Of a stretch of 64,000 nt of DNA, positions 54,215 through 62,547 are shown piece by piece (position 1 is the stretch's first letter; each line of letters starts with the position of its first letter). The notes below the pieces were generated by a model. It saw nothing but the letters and a program-made list of their open reading frames with translations. It was not told the DNA's origin and made no database searches. The stretch is from Phenylobacterium sp. SCN 70-31 (GTDB taxonomy: Bacteria; Pseudomonadota; Alphaproteobacteria; Caulobacterales; Caulobacteraceae): the NCBI RefSeq assembly GCF_001724605.1, contig NZ_MEEX01000001.1:132295-196294 (forward strand). The letters run 5' to 3'. Made by a program: the position numbers and the translations under genes.

Positions 54215-55071
54215 GGGCGGCGAACCTCGCGGGACTCGAGCACGACGGCGACGTGACGCTGCAGACCGTCCAGGGCCTGATCCAGGACCTCCTGGGGATC
54301 CCGGGCCCATACGGTCGGATTGAAGACCTCCACCTCGATGGGGCCGCGATAGCCGGCCGCCTCCCCCAGTGCGACGAAGCCGGCGATATCTATGCACCCG
54401 TCCCCGGGCATGCCGCGCCCGTTGAGGTGATCCGGCGGCGGCGACAGCCAGTCGGCGAGCTGGAGGCCGTGGATGTGCTCTGCCGACGCTTCAACTCCGG
54501 CGGGCAACTCGGGGTCCCACCAGAGGTGATAGCTGTCGAGCATCACCCCGACGCCCTCGTTCGCCCGGGCCAGCGACAGGGCCTGGACGAGCGAGACGAT
54601 GACCGATCTGTCCGCGCAGTACGTGGGGTGCAGCGGCTCGATCGAGAGACGCACCCCCGCGGTCTTCGCATAGGCGGCGGTCTGGGCGACGGCGTCGGCG
54701 ACCCTGCGCCGCGCGTCCGAGAGCGACTCCCCCACCGGGGGCCCCACCACCAGCACCAGCGTCTCGGCGTCGAGCGCGGCCGCTTCGTCCACGGCGCGGA
54801 AGTTGTCCTCCAGCCGCCGCCGTCGCTCGGCGGGCGTCGAGGCTCCGAACCAGCCACCGCGACAGAGGGAGGACACCGCCAGGCCGGTGTGTTCCAGCGC
54901 CTTCCGCACGGCCGGCAGGCCGACTTCGGCCACGGGATCACGCCAGAGGCCGACCCAGCGGAGACCGGCCCTGGCGCTCGCCTCCACGACCTCCACGGCG
55001 TTCCACCGCGGAACCGTGGCCTGGTTGAGGCTGAACCGCTCCCGCCACGGCGTTGCGAGATCCCGCGTCAT
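54211..55071 (-). CDS. Sugar-phosphate isomerase/epimerase (xylose-isomerase-like TIM barrel)
   Basis: 286 aa. LSIEPLHP and DSYHLWWDP metal-site-like motifs. 4-nt overlaps on both sides. Confidence 0.75.
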   Translation of the reverse strand: MTRDLATPWRERFSLNQATVPRWNAVEVVEASARAGLRWVGLWRDPVAEVGLPAVRKALEHTGLAVSSLCRGGWFGASTPAERRRRLEDNFRAVDEAAALDAETLVLVVGPPVGESLSDARRRVADAVAQTAAYAKTAGVRLSIEPLHPTYCADRSVIVSLVQALSLARANEGVGVMLDSYHLWWDPELPAGVEASAEHIHGLQLADWLSPPPDHLNGRGMPGDGCIDIAGFVALGEAAGYRGPIEVEVFNPTVWARDPQEVLDQALDGLQRHVAVVLESREVRRP

Positions 55072-56213
55072 GCCACGAGGTCCGGTACGGCGACCCATCG
55101 GGCTTCGGCCGAGGAGACCTGGGCCAGCTCGGCGAGCTGGATGGCCCGGGCGCCGGCCGCCAGCGTCCAGGGATAGGGTTCGTCCAGCACGACGTGCCGG
55201 AGGAAGTGCTCCCATTGCACCCGGAAGGCGTTCATCGGCTCCTCGCGTTCCGGCGCCGCGATCCACCCCGCGCGGAGCTCCGGCGCGGGTCCCGTCGGAT
55301 TCCAGCGCGCCACCGGCGTCGCGGCGGCGGGCTGGATCTTGCAGTCGCGGAGCGTGGCCAGGGCGCTTCCGCGCTCGCCGTCCACCTGCATGACGAACAG
55401 GTCGTCCCGATAGGGCCGGACGCACCACGACGAGACGAAGTGCGCGATCGCGCCGTTTCCGAGTTCGAATATCGCGTAGGCCGCATCGTCGGCCGTCGCG
55501 TCGTAGCGCCGTCCGGTCTCGTCCGCCCGGATCGGGACATGGCGTTCCGACCGGTTGACCAGGGCCTTCACGCCGCCGAACAGCTCATCGAAGAGGTAGC
55601 GCCAGTGGGCGTACATATCGAGGACGATCCCGCCCCCGTCCTCGGCCCGATAGTTCCACGACGGCCTCTGCCGGCCGCCGACGATGTCGTCGAAGACCCA
55701 GTAGCCGAACTCGCCCCGGACCGAGAATATCCGGCCGAAGAAGCCTTCCTCGATGAGCCGGGAAAGTTGCAGGATCCCCGGGAGGAACAGCTTGTCCTGC
55801 ACCACGCCGTGGCGGACGCCCCGGGCGTCGGCCTCGGTGGCGAGGGCCAGCGCCGACGCGCTGGTCAGGGCCGCCGGCTTCTCCACATAGACATGCTTGC
55901 CCGCGGCGATCGCACGCCGGACCGCGGCTTCCCGTTGCACCGTGGCCTGGGCGTCGAAGTAGATTTCGTTGGCAGAGTCCGACAGCGCCGCGTCGAGATC
56001 CAGCCCCCAGCGATCGAGGCCGTGGCGGTCGGCCAGCGCCCGCAGGCGCGTGGGGTCGCGGCCGATCAGGACGGGTTCCGGCCAGAGTTCGGTGTCGCCG
56101 ACCCGGACGCCCCCGGCGGCGCGTATGGCCATGATGGAGCGTTCCAGGTGGTCCCTGCCGCCCATCCGGCCGGTCACACCGTTCATGATCACGCCGATGC
56201 TGCGCCGCTTCAT
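55068..56213 (-). CDS. Gfo/Idh/MocA-family oxidoreductase
   Basis: IGVIMNGVTGRMG Rossmann N-terminus and HVYVEKPAA. First gene of the operon. Confidence 0.85.
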   Translation of the reverse strand: MKRRSIGVIMNGVTGRMGGRDHLERSIMAIRAAGGVRVGDTELWPEPVLIGRDPTRLRALADRHGLDRWGLDLDAALSDSANEIYFDAQATVQREAAVRRAIAAGKHVYVEKPAALTSASALALATEADARGVRHGVVQDKLFLPGILQLSRLIEEGFFGRIFSVRGEFGYWVFDDIVGGRQRPSWNYRAEDGGGIVLDMYAHWRYLFDELFGGVKALVNRSERHVPIRADETGRRYDATADDAAYAIFELGNGAIAHFVSSWCVRPYRDDLFVMQVDGERGSALATLRDCKIQPAAATPVARWNPTGPAPELRAGWIAAPEREEPMNAFRVQWEHFLRHVVLDEPYPWTLAAGARAIQLAELAQVSSAEARWVAVPDLVA

Positions 56214-56274
56214 TCGCAAGTCCTCGCTGGGAGGGCCCGAGAGGGCCTGACGGGCGGCGCATCTATTTGCGAAC

Positions 56275-56319
56275 GGCGCGTCTTGACAGCGCCGAGGCCG
56301 AAGACGCGCCCCTTTTCCC
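56275..56319 (+). terminator. Orphan intrinsic terminator: GGCGCGTCTT-N16-AAGACGCGCC followed by CCTTTTCCC
   Basis: 10-bp perfect stem with a T-run on the plus strand only. It sits in a 316-bp intergenic region with no plus-strand gene upstream of it. Confidence 0.5.
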
Positions 56320-56529
56320 GCATGGCGGAAGCCGGGCTCCGCCGGCGCGCATGCACGTTCGGATTCAGCCCCGGCGGACGACGCCGACCGTCGCGTGCTC
56401 GCACTCCTCGGGAACCACCGCCCTGTCGCGAGCAACCGACATCGCGCCGTGAATCACGACGCCGCGCCGACCGCCTGCAACGGGGGCGGAGTGTGCGCGT
56501 TTGGACGACTTGCCCTGGAGGAGACCCCG

Positions 56530-57039
56530 ATGGCCAAGGAACGCCCCAACGACAATCCCAAATCCCCCGCCGAGGTGCAGGACCGGATCTGGGAACTCGC
56601 CGAGAAGATCGACATCTGCATGTTCACGACCTGGGACGGGGAACAGCAGCGCAGCCGGCCGCTCTCGGCGCGCGTCCGTCGCGACGAGCACGCCGTCCAT
56701 TTCCTGGTCGACGCCGACGGGGGAAAGAACGCAGAGATCGACCGCTTCCCGGCGGTGTCCTGCGTCTGGGCCGACAACCGGAACTACAAGTACGTCCTGA
56801 TCTCGGGCGAGGCGCGAGTGTCCAACGACCGCGAGAAGATCGCGGCGTTGTGGACGGACTTCGACAAGGCCTGGTGGGAGGACGCCACCGACCCGACCAT
56901 CCGGCTCCTGACCCTGACGCCGGACGCCGGCGAGCTGTGGGACAGCCCCGGCAAGGCCGTCGCCCTCGTCAAGATGGCCGTCGCGGCCGTGACGGGCCAA
57001 GCGCCGCACATGGGAGACAACGCGAAGACGCCGCTCTAG
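56530..57039 (+). CDS. Pyridoxamine-5'-phosphate-oxidase-fold general stress protein (GSP26-like)
   Basis: 169 aa. The pattern MFTTWDG...SRPLSA...FLVDADGGKN...ISGEARV...LW resembles COG3871 proteins. Confidence 0.7.
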   Translation: MAKERPNDNPKSPAEVQDRIWELAEKIDICMFTTWDGEQQRSRPLSARVRRDEHAVHFLVDADGGKNAEIDRFPAVSCVWADNRNYKYVLISGEARVSNDREKIAALWTDFDKAWWEDATDPTIRLLTLTPDAGELWDSPGKAVALVKMAVAAVTGQAPHMGDNAKTPL

Positions 57040-57160
57040 GTCGTCGATCGCGCGCCAACTCCTGGATGGTCACCGCCGCGGGGCGCGCAGCGAACCTGCA
57101 AGGTTCGGTGAGCGGGTGGTCGAGCCAATCTCGACGCAGAGACGGCGACCTGAGAGCCCT

Positions 57161-57200
57161 GACGGGACGAGAATACTCTCGCCCGTCTGGCCATATATGG
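57161..57200. terminator. Hairpin (GACGGGaCGAG-aatact-CTCGCCCGTC) plus palindrome CCATATATGG between convergent genes
   Basis: About 10-bp stem with one bulge. No strong U-tract. Confidence 0.35.
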
Positions 57201-57210
57201 ACGGCTGGGC

Positions 57211-58371
57211 CTACCGGAGCGCCGCCCGCACCGCCTGCACGAAGGCGTCGCGTTCGCGATAGCGGTCCTCGGACCGGGCGTCCTTCCAGGCCGCGTTCAT
57301 CGCGACCACCAGGCGCTCGGCGGGATAGACGATAATCGCCTGGCCGTGGATTCCTATGGCGGCGAACGAACCGTCGCCCTGGGCCCACCAGAAATAGCCG
57401 TAGGCCTCGCGCTCGGGCTGGTCGGTGCGCACAAGGGCGCCCGTCGCCTCGCCGATCCAGCCCGCGGGCAGCACCGCCTGTCCGCCCGCCACGCCGCCGT
57501 CCAGCATGAACTGCCCGATGCGGGCGTAGTCACGCAGGGTCATGCTCATGCAGCAGCCGCCCCGCTCGTGGCCGCCGGCGTCCAGCAGCCAGATCGCGTC
57601 CTGCTCCATGCCATACGGCGCCCAGATCTTCTCGGACAGGTACCGGGCCAGGGGCTTGCCCACGGCCCGCGAGACCACGACGCCGGCCAGGTCAGTCTCG
57701 CCGGTGTTGTAGGTGAACGCCTCGCCCAGCGTATGCGCCCGCGGAAGCTTGCGCATGTAGCTGACCACCGGATTGACCCCCGGTTCCGTCACGGCCGCGC
57801 CCACCCGCGCGACGTCGGCGTTCGGGTCGGTGTAGTCCTCGTTCCAGCGCACCCCCGAGGTCATGGTCAGGAGTTGGCGGACAGTGACGCCGTCGTAGCC
57901 GCTCCCCTTCATCTCGGGCACGTACTCGGTGACCTCGGCGTCCAGGCCGGCGACCCGGCCGTCAGCGATCGCGGCGCCCATGAGGATGGAGGTCACCGAC
58001 TTCGCCACCGAGAACGAGGTCCAGCGGTCGTCGGGGCCACGGCCCAGGCCATAGCGTTCGAGCACGATCCGGCCGTCCTGGAGCACCAGCAGGCCCGAGA
58101 CGTCCTGCGCAGCCATGAAGCTGGCCACGTCGTGGCTCTGGCCGCCATAGGTGAAGGTGGGCGCGATCTGACGATCCGCGACGGGCAGCGGCCGAACCCT
58201 CTCGCCGCGCTTCACGTCGGCGACGGGGAACATCTTCTCGACGCTGCGGAAGGCCAGGGCGCGCTGCTGCGGCGTCCAGCTACGCATATCGGACACCTCG
58301 GGCGCCGGCGCCGTCTCGACCCCTCCGGCCAGCACGGCCGCGCAGGCCAGTCCACAAAGCAGCGGCATCAC
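57211..58371 (-). CDS. Secreted beta-lactamase-fold serine hydrolase (paralogue of 17638..18891)
   Basis: Signal peptide MMPLLCGLACAAVLAGG. SxxK motif FSVAKSV. It shares the VTEYVPE...MTSGVRWNEDYTDPNADV block with the first hydrolase. Confidence 0.8.
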   Translation of the reverse strand: MMPLLCGLACAAVLAGGVETAPAPEVSDMRSWTPQQRALAFRSVEKMFPVADVKRGERVRPLPVADRQIAPTFTYGGQSHDVASFMAAQDVSGLLVLQDGRIVLERYGLGRGPDDRWTSFSVAKSVTSILMGAAIADGRVAGLDAEVTEYVPEMKGSGYDGVTVRQLLTMTSGVRWNEDYTDPNADVARVGAAVTEPGVNPVVSYMRKLPRAHTLGEAFTYNTGETDLAGVVVSRAVGKPLARYLSEKIWAPYGMEQDAIWLLDAGGHERGGCCMSMTLRDYARIGQFMLDGGVAGGQAVLPAGWIGEATGALVRTDQPEREAYGYFWWAQGDGSFAAIGIHGQAIIVYPAERLVVAMNAAWKDARSEDRYRERDAFVQAVRAALR

Positions 58372-58462
58372 GCCCTCCGATCCCTGTTCGATACATCCTT
58401 CGACCGGTCATGGCGGCTCTCCCCCGCGGACCGATGCAGGCCACCGGCTTCGGGCCCATCGT

Positions 58463-58897
58463 TCAGGCCGTCCGCTCGGCCATCCGGTCGTGCATCCGCG
58501 CCAGCACCCGCAACAGCGGCTTCGAGGCGCGGCTCATGTCGCCCGACGACGACAGGCGGCCGGCGGCGGCCATCTCCCGCCGACGCGCGGCCTGGGCCGC
58601 CATGTCGTCCGGGGTGGCGGTGCGATGGACCAGCCGGGCGCCAGGCAGCATGGCCTCGTAGTCGCCGCGCACCACATAGTCGGCCCCGGCCTCGGCGTCT
58701 TCGAAGAACGCCACGCCGCCGTCGCGGAACCGCGCGCCGAGGACGACGGCGCCATCGTCGGGCGGGACGCGGCTGATGATCTCGCACATGGAGAAGTCCA
58801 CGTCGCGCAGCGCATCCCGGTCGGCGGCCACCAGCTCCTCCAACGTCCCGTGCATCAGGGCCACCCAGGCGGGCGAGGCGAATGGCAGGCGGTCCAT
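58463..58897 (-). CDS. SCP2-like domain protein (paralogue of 23017..23484)
   Basis: 144 aa. Same pattern as its paralogue: PAWVALMHGTL...ARFRDGGVAFFEDAEAGADYVVRGDY...ARLVH...RMAERTA. Confidence 0.55.
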   Translation of the reverse strand: MDRLPFASPAWVALMHGTLEELVAADRDALRDVDFSMCEIISRVPPDDGAVVLGARFRDGGVAFFEDAEAGADYVVRGDYEAMLPGARLVHRTATPDDMAAQAARRREMAAAGRLSSSGDMSRASKPLLRVLARMHDRMAERTA

Positions 58898-58908
58898 CTG
58901 GGACTCCG

Positions 58909-59913
58909 TCAGGCAGGCGACGCGACGGGCGCGCCACGGGGATTCAGGCCGGCGGCCCGGTAGACGGCGTCGATCGCCGCCATGTTCGCCACGCCGTCCT
59001 CGCCCGGCGTGCGGATCGTCGCGCCGTCACGCACAACCTCGACCAGATGCCGCGCCTGGAAGACATAGGTGGAGGTGCGGTCCAGGCGATGGACCACGGG
59101 TTCGCCACCGGTCTCGATGGTCACGCTGTGTCCCCGCTGGGGAAGGAACGGGTTGACCGCATGGACGCGGCCTCGCTCGCCTTCCACCGTCAGGCCCGCC
59201 TCGAACTCGGACGCCGCCAGGGCGCAGTCAAGCTCGCCCGTCAGGCCACCGGGAAAGATCAGCCGCGCGTGCATCGCGGCGTCGACGTCCGGCGCCGCCA
59301 GCTCGGCCCGCGCCTCGGCCACCTGCGGCTCGGCGCCGGCCACCCAGCGCATCAGGTTCAGACCATAGGCCCCCAGGTCCATCGTCGCGCCACCAGCCAG
59401 GGCGAGCTGGAAGCGGATGTCGTCCGCGGCGAGCAGGCCGCCCGGCACCTTCATCGCCGCGCGCATGTGCGTCAGCCGGCCGAGAGCGCCCGACCGCACG
59501 GTCTCGAGGATGAGGGCGGCGACGGGATGGTGGCGATAGTGGAACGCCTCGATCAGCGGCCGGCCCGCGCGGCCCGCCGCCTCGACGATCCGCCCGGCCT
59601 CGTCCGCATTGGAGGCCAGGGGCTTCTCGCAGAGCACCGCCTTGCCCGCCTCCAGCGCCCGGATCGACCACTCGGCGTGCAGGCTGTTCGGTAGCGGATT
59701 GTAGACGACGTCGATGTCGGGATCGGCCAGCAGGGCCTCGTAGGCGCCGTAGCTGCGCGCCACGCCGTGACGGGCCGCGTAGTCGGCCGCGCGGGCGGCG
59801 TCGCGTGAGGCGACGGCCGCGACTTCCAAACCGGGAACCTCAACCGCGGCGTCGAGGACGGCGGCCTTGTTGATCCGCGCGCAGCCAAGGACGCCGATCC
59901 TGACCTTGTTCAT
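58909..59913 (-). CDS. Gfo/Idh/MocA-family oxidoreductase
   Basis: RIGVLGCARINKAAV Rossmann N-terminus, LCEKPLA, and NSLHAEW. Confidence 0.85.
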   Translation of the reverse strand: MNKVRIGVLGCARINKAAVLDAAVEVPGLEVAAVASRDAARAADYAARHGVARSYGAYEALLADPDIDVVYNPLPNSLHAEWSIRALEAGKAVLCEKPLASNADEAGRIVEAAGRAGRPLIEAFHYRHHPVAALILETVRSGALGRLTHMRAAMKVPGGLLAADDIRFQLALAGGATMDLGAYGLNLMRWVAGAEPQVAEARAELAAPDVDAAMHARLIFPGGLTGELDCALAASEFEAGLTVEGERGRVHAVNPFLPQRGHSVTIETGGEPVVHRLDRTSTYVFQARHLVEVVRDGATIRTPGEDGVANMAAIDAVYRAAGLNPRGAPVASPA

Positions 59914-59934
59914 CCTGCGCCTCCCGATCCGCGA

Positions 59935-61140
59935 TCAGGCCGGAACCGCGGGGCGGTCGGCGGCGGTCAGGGCTGCGACGATGTCGGCCGGGACGCCCAG
60001 TTCGGCGAGGACCGCCGCATTGTGCTCGCCCAGGGAGGCCACGCGCGCCCGATCGGCGGGCGCGCCGGGGAAGGTCACGGCCGGACCCGGCACCGGAGCC
60101 GGTGGGCCGCCACCCGCGAGATCCACGAACGACACCACCGCCGAGCCGGCGGCCACCTCCTCATCGTAGAGCTGGGCTACGCTGCGCACCGCGCCGCACG
60201 GAATGGCCGCCCGTTGCAGCGCGTCCAGCGCCTCGGCTGAGGTGCGGGCCGCGAACCAGGCGCCGGCCACGGCGTCGACCTCTGCCTTGAGGTCCGGGTT
60301 TTCCAGCAGGTTGGGGCGCTTCTTCGGATCGGGCGCCCACTCCGGACGCCCCATCAGCTGGCTGAAGGCGCGCCAGCTCGCGGGCGTCCCGGCGGCCAGG
60401 TACATCGGCGCGTCGCGGGTCGGGAAGAAGTCGAAGGCCTCCGGGGCGCGGGCGAAGCGCGTGGGCGACTTGCCGGCCGCACCGCGCGTGGGGATGTGAT
60501 AGCTGAGCTGCGAGGTCATGGCCTCCAGCATCGAGACAGGGACGAAGCGGCCCCGCCCCGTGGCGCGCGCCTCCCACAGGGCGCACATGGCCGCATAGGC
60601 GGCCACCATCCCGGCGGCGTGGTCGGCCACGAAGAACTGGCTGATGGTCGGCGGGCCCTCGGCGTCGCCGGTGAGGTCCGAGAACCCGCTCATCGCCTGG
60701 ATGGCGGGGTCGAACGCCAGGTAGTCGCGCCGGTCGTCCTCCTGGCCGAAGCCGGTGATGTGGATCATCGGGGCTCGCGGATTGACCTGGGACAGGCGGT
60801 CGAAGCCAAAGCCCAGCTTTTCGGGAATCCCGTAGGCGTAGTTCGTCACGACGATATCGGCCCAGCGCAGCAGCGCCTCCAGAGCCTCACCGCTCTCGGT
60901 CCGGCGCAGGTCCAGCGCGACGCTGCGCTTGCCGCGATTGTGGCAGGCGAAGGCCAGGCTCTCGCCGGCGGCGCTGTAGGGAGGCGCCTTGCGGCCAGGC
61001 TCGCCGCCCGCCGGCTCGACCTTGATCACGTCGGCGCCCTGGTCGGCGAGCATCATCGCGCAGTGCGGCGCGGCGATGTAGTGGCCGATCTCCAGGACCT
61101 TCACGCCGGCCAGCGGCGCACCTTGCAGCGACATCGTCAT
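59935..61140 (-). CDS. Family III CoA-transferase (single-domain, canonical)
   Basis: LAGVKVLEIGHYIAAPHCAMMLADQGADVIKVE, active-site block AFDPAIQAMSG, and C-terminal LGEHNAAVL. Confidence 0.88.
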   Translation of the reverse strand: MTMSLQGAPLAGVKVLEIGHYIAAPHCAMMLADQGADVIKVEPAGGEPGRKAPPYSAAGESLAFACHNRGKRSVALDLRRTESGEALEALLRWADIVVTNYAYGIPEKLGFGFDRLSQVNPRAPMIHITGFGQEDDRRDYLAFDPAIQAMSGFSDLTGDAEGPPTISQFFVADHAAGMVAAYAAMCALWEARATGRGRFVPVSMLEAMTSQLSYHIPTRGAAGKSPTRFARAPEAFDFFPTRDAPMYLAAGTPASWRAFSQLMGRPEWAPDPKKRPNLLENPDLKAEVDAVAGAWFAARTSAEALDALQRAAIPCGAVRSVAQLYDEEVAAGSAVVSFVDLAGGGPPAPVPGPAVTFPGAPADRARVASLGEHNAAVLAELGVPADIVAALTAADRPAVPA

Positions 61141-61171
61141 TCCCCCGAGGCCGTCGCGGCCTCCTGTTCCG

Positions 61172-61223
61172 TAAAAATGAGCGGCGCCCCGCCGCCGATG
61201 CTCGACCTTCGGGACGGGGCGCC
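61172..61223 (-). terminator. Candidate intrinsic terminator/attenuator after the amidohydrolase gene
   Basis: On the minus strand, GGCGCCCCG-N23-CGGGGCGCC is followed by GCTCATTTTTAC. It lies inside an apparent operon, so it may only attenuate. Confidence 0.4.
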
Positions 61224-61237
61224 AGTTCCGGGGAGGA

Positions 61238-62446
61238 TCAGGCCGCGACGAGGTGCTTGGGATACCGGAGGTCCTCCGGCAGCGCCTTGCCCATCATGTC
61301 GATGTAGTTGTCGCGGAAGAAACCGTCGATCGCCCGCTGGGACAGCGACGAGCCCACGAGATTCTCGCGGAAGCGCTTCAGCGGATTGCGGCCGCCTTCG
61401 ACGTGCGGGTAGTCGGACGAGAACATGCAGATCTCCTCGGCCGAGTTCTGGATGATCCACGACACGTCGTCGGTGGGGAACGGCGTCACCCGCACCTGGC
61501 GGCGCGCGATCTCGCTGGGCCGGGCGCTGAGGTTGCGCAGCCGCTCCTCGTGGCGGGCGAAGGCTTCGAACGAGTTGTCCATCAGCCGCAGCCAGCTCGG
61601 CACCCACGAAGCGCCCAGTTCGATGGCCCCGAACTTGAGGTTCTCGAAGCGATCCATGACGCCGTCGAAGATCAGGGCCGCCAGGGTGGTCTGCACCGGC
61701 TGCGGGATCGACATGTAGCCCAGCGAGTTCGAGTCGCCGTCGCCGCTGACGATGACCACGTTGGGCTTGCCGTTCTCGCGGTAGGACGGGTTCAGGTCGG
61801 TGCCGTTGATGTGGAACAGGATCGGCACGCCGGCCTCCTGGGCGATGGCCCAGAGCGGGTCCAGGCCCGTATGGCTCGGGGAATGCGTCTTGGGCGGCTG
61901 CTGCGGGATCATGAATCCCTTGGCGCCCAGTTCAAGCGCGAAGCGGGCTTCCTCGGGCGCACGCTCCATGTCGGCGATCGGAATGTAAGCCACCGGAAGC
62001 ATTCGCCGGTCGACCGAACAGAAGTCGGTGATCATCCGGTTGTGGGCCCGCGCCGCGCCGTAGCACAAGTCCATGTCGTCGCCGGTGTCGAGGTTGAAGT
62101 TGCGCAGCGCGATCGACGTAAACATCAGCTGGGTGGCGAACCCCAGCAGGTCCAGGGCCTGGGGCCGGTCCTCGGCCAGGAAGCCGCCCAGGGACTCGTG
62201 GCCCTTCCGCGACATCAGGTTCTCAGCAGCGCCGGCCCGGAACTCGGGATCGGCATGCTTCGCGCTCAATTTCTCCCTGATCAGCGCCTCCCGGCCAAGC
62301 ATTCGGGCCGCATACTCGGGCTCGGCGTTGCGGGCGGCGTGATAGGCGTCCTTCAGACGGGGTTCGATGTAGTCGTCCAGGCAGTCGGGCAGTTCCACGA
62401 TATGCGCATCGGCGTCGTGGATGATCTCGTTCTCGACGTAGGGCAT
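61238..62446 (-). CDS. Amidohydrolase-2 (ACMSD/LigJ-type metal-dependent hydrolase/decarboxylase/hydratase) family protein
   Basis: N-terminal IHDADAHI metal motif. TIM-barrel-like pattern with ILFHING and SSDYPHVEG. GGAGGAAG RBS. Confidence 0.7.
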   Translation of the reverse strand: MPYVENEIIHDADAHIVELPDCLDDYIEPRLKDAYHAARNAEPEYAARMLGREALIREKLSAKHADPEFRAGAAENLMSRKGHESLGGFLAEDRPQALDLLGFATQLMFTSIALRNFNLDTGDDMDLCYGAARAHNRMITDFCSVDRRMLPVAYIPIADMERAPEEARFALELGAKGFMIPQQPPKTHSPSHTGLDPLWAIAQEAGVPILFHINGTDLNPSYRENGKPNVVIVSGDGDSNSLGYMSIPQPVQTTLAALIFDGVMDRFENLKFGAIELGASWVPSWLRLMDNSFEAFARHEERLRNLSARPSEIARRQVRVTPFPTDDVSWIIQNSAEEICMFSSDYPHVEGGRNPLKRFRENLVGSSLSQRAIDGFFRDNYIDMMGKALPEDLRYPKHLVAA

Positions 62447-62482
62447 GGCTTCCTCCGAACGCAGATAGCTTAAAGTAGAGCA

Positions 62483-62508
62483 ATTATAGCACTATTTATT
62501 CGGATCAA
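62483..62508 (-). promoter_or_regulatory. Sigma70-consensus-like promoter (TTGATC-N14-TATAAT) in an AT-rich island
   Basis: Minus-strand TATAAT at 62488..62483 and TTGATC at 62508..62503, about 40 nt upstream of ATG 62446. The spacer is short: 14 bp, or 15-16 bp if the -35 is shifted. Confidence 0.5.
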
Positions 62509-62547
62509 GTGAAAGGCTCGTGATCCGGACGTTGGCCGCAGCCGGCC

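Noticed and set aside
56440-56500. Stress-sigma promoter upstream of the PNPOx/GSP26-like gene (GCAAC-N14-CGTT and GGAAC-N17-CAAC)
   Set aside because: Neither candidate has both consensus elements with the required 16-17-bp spacing.
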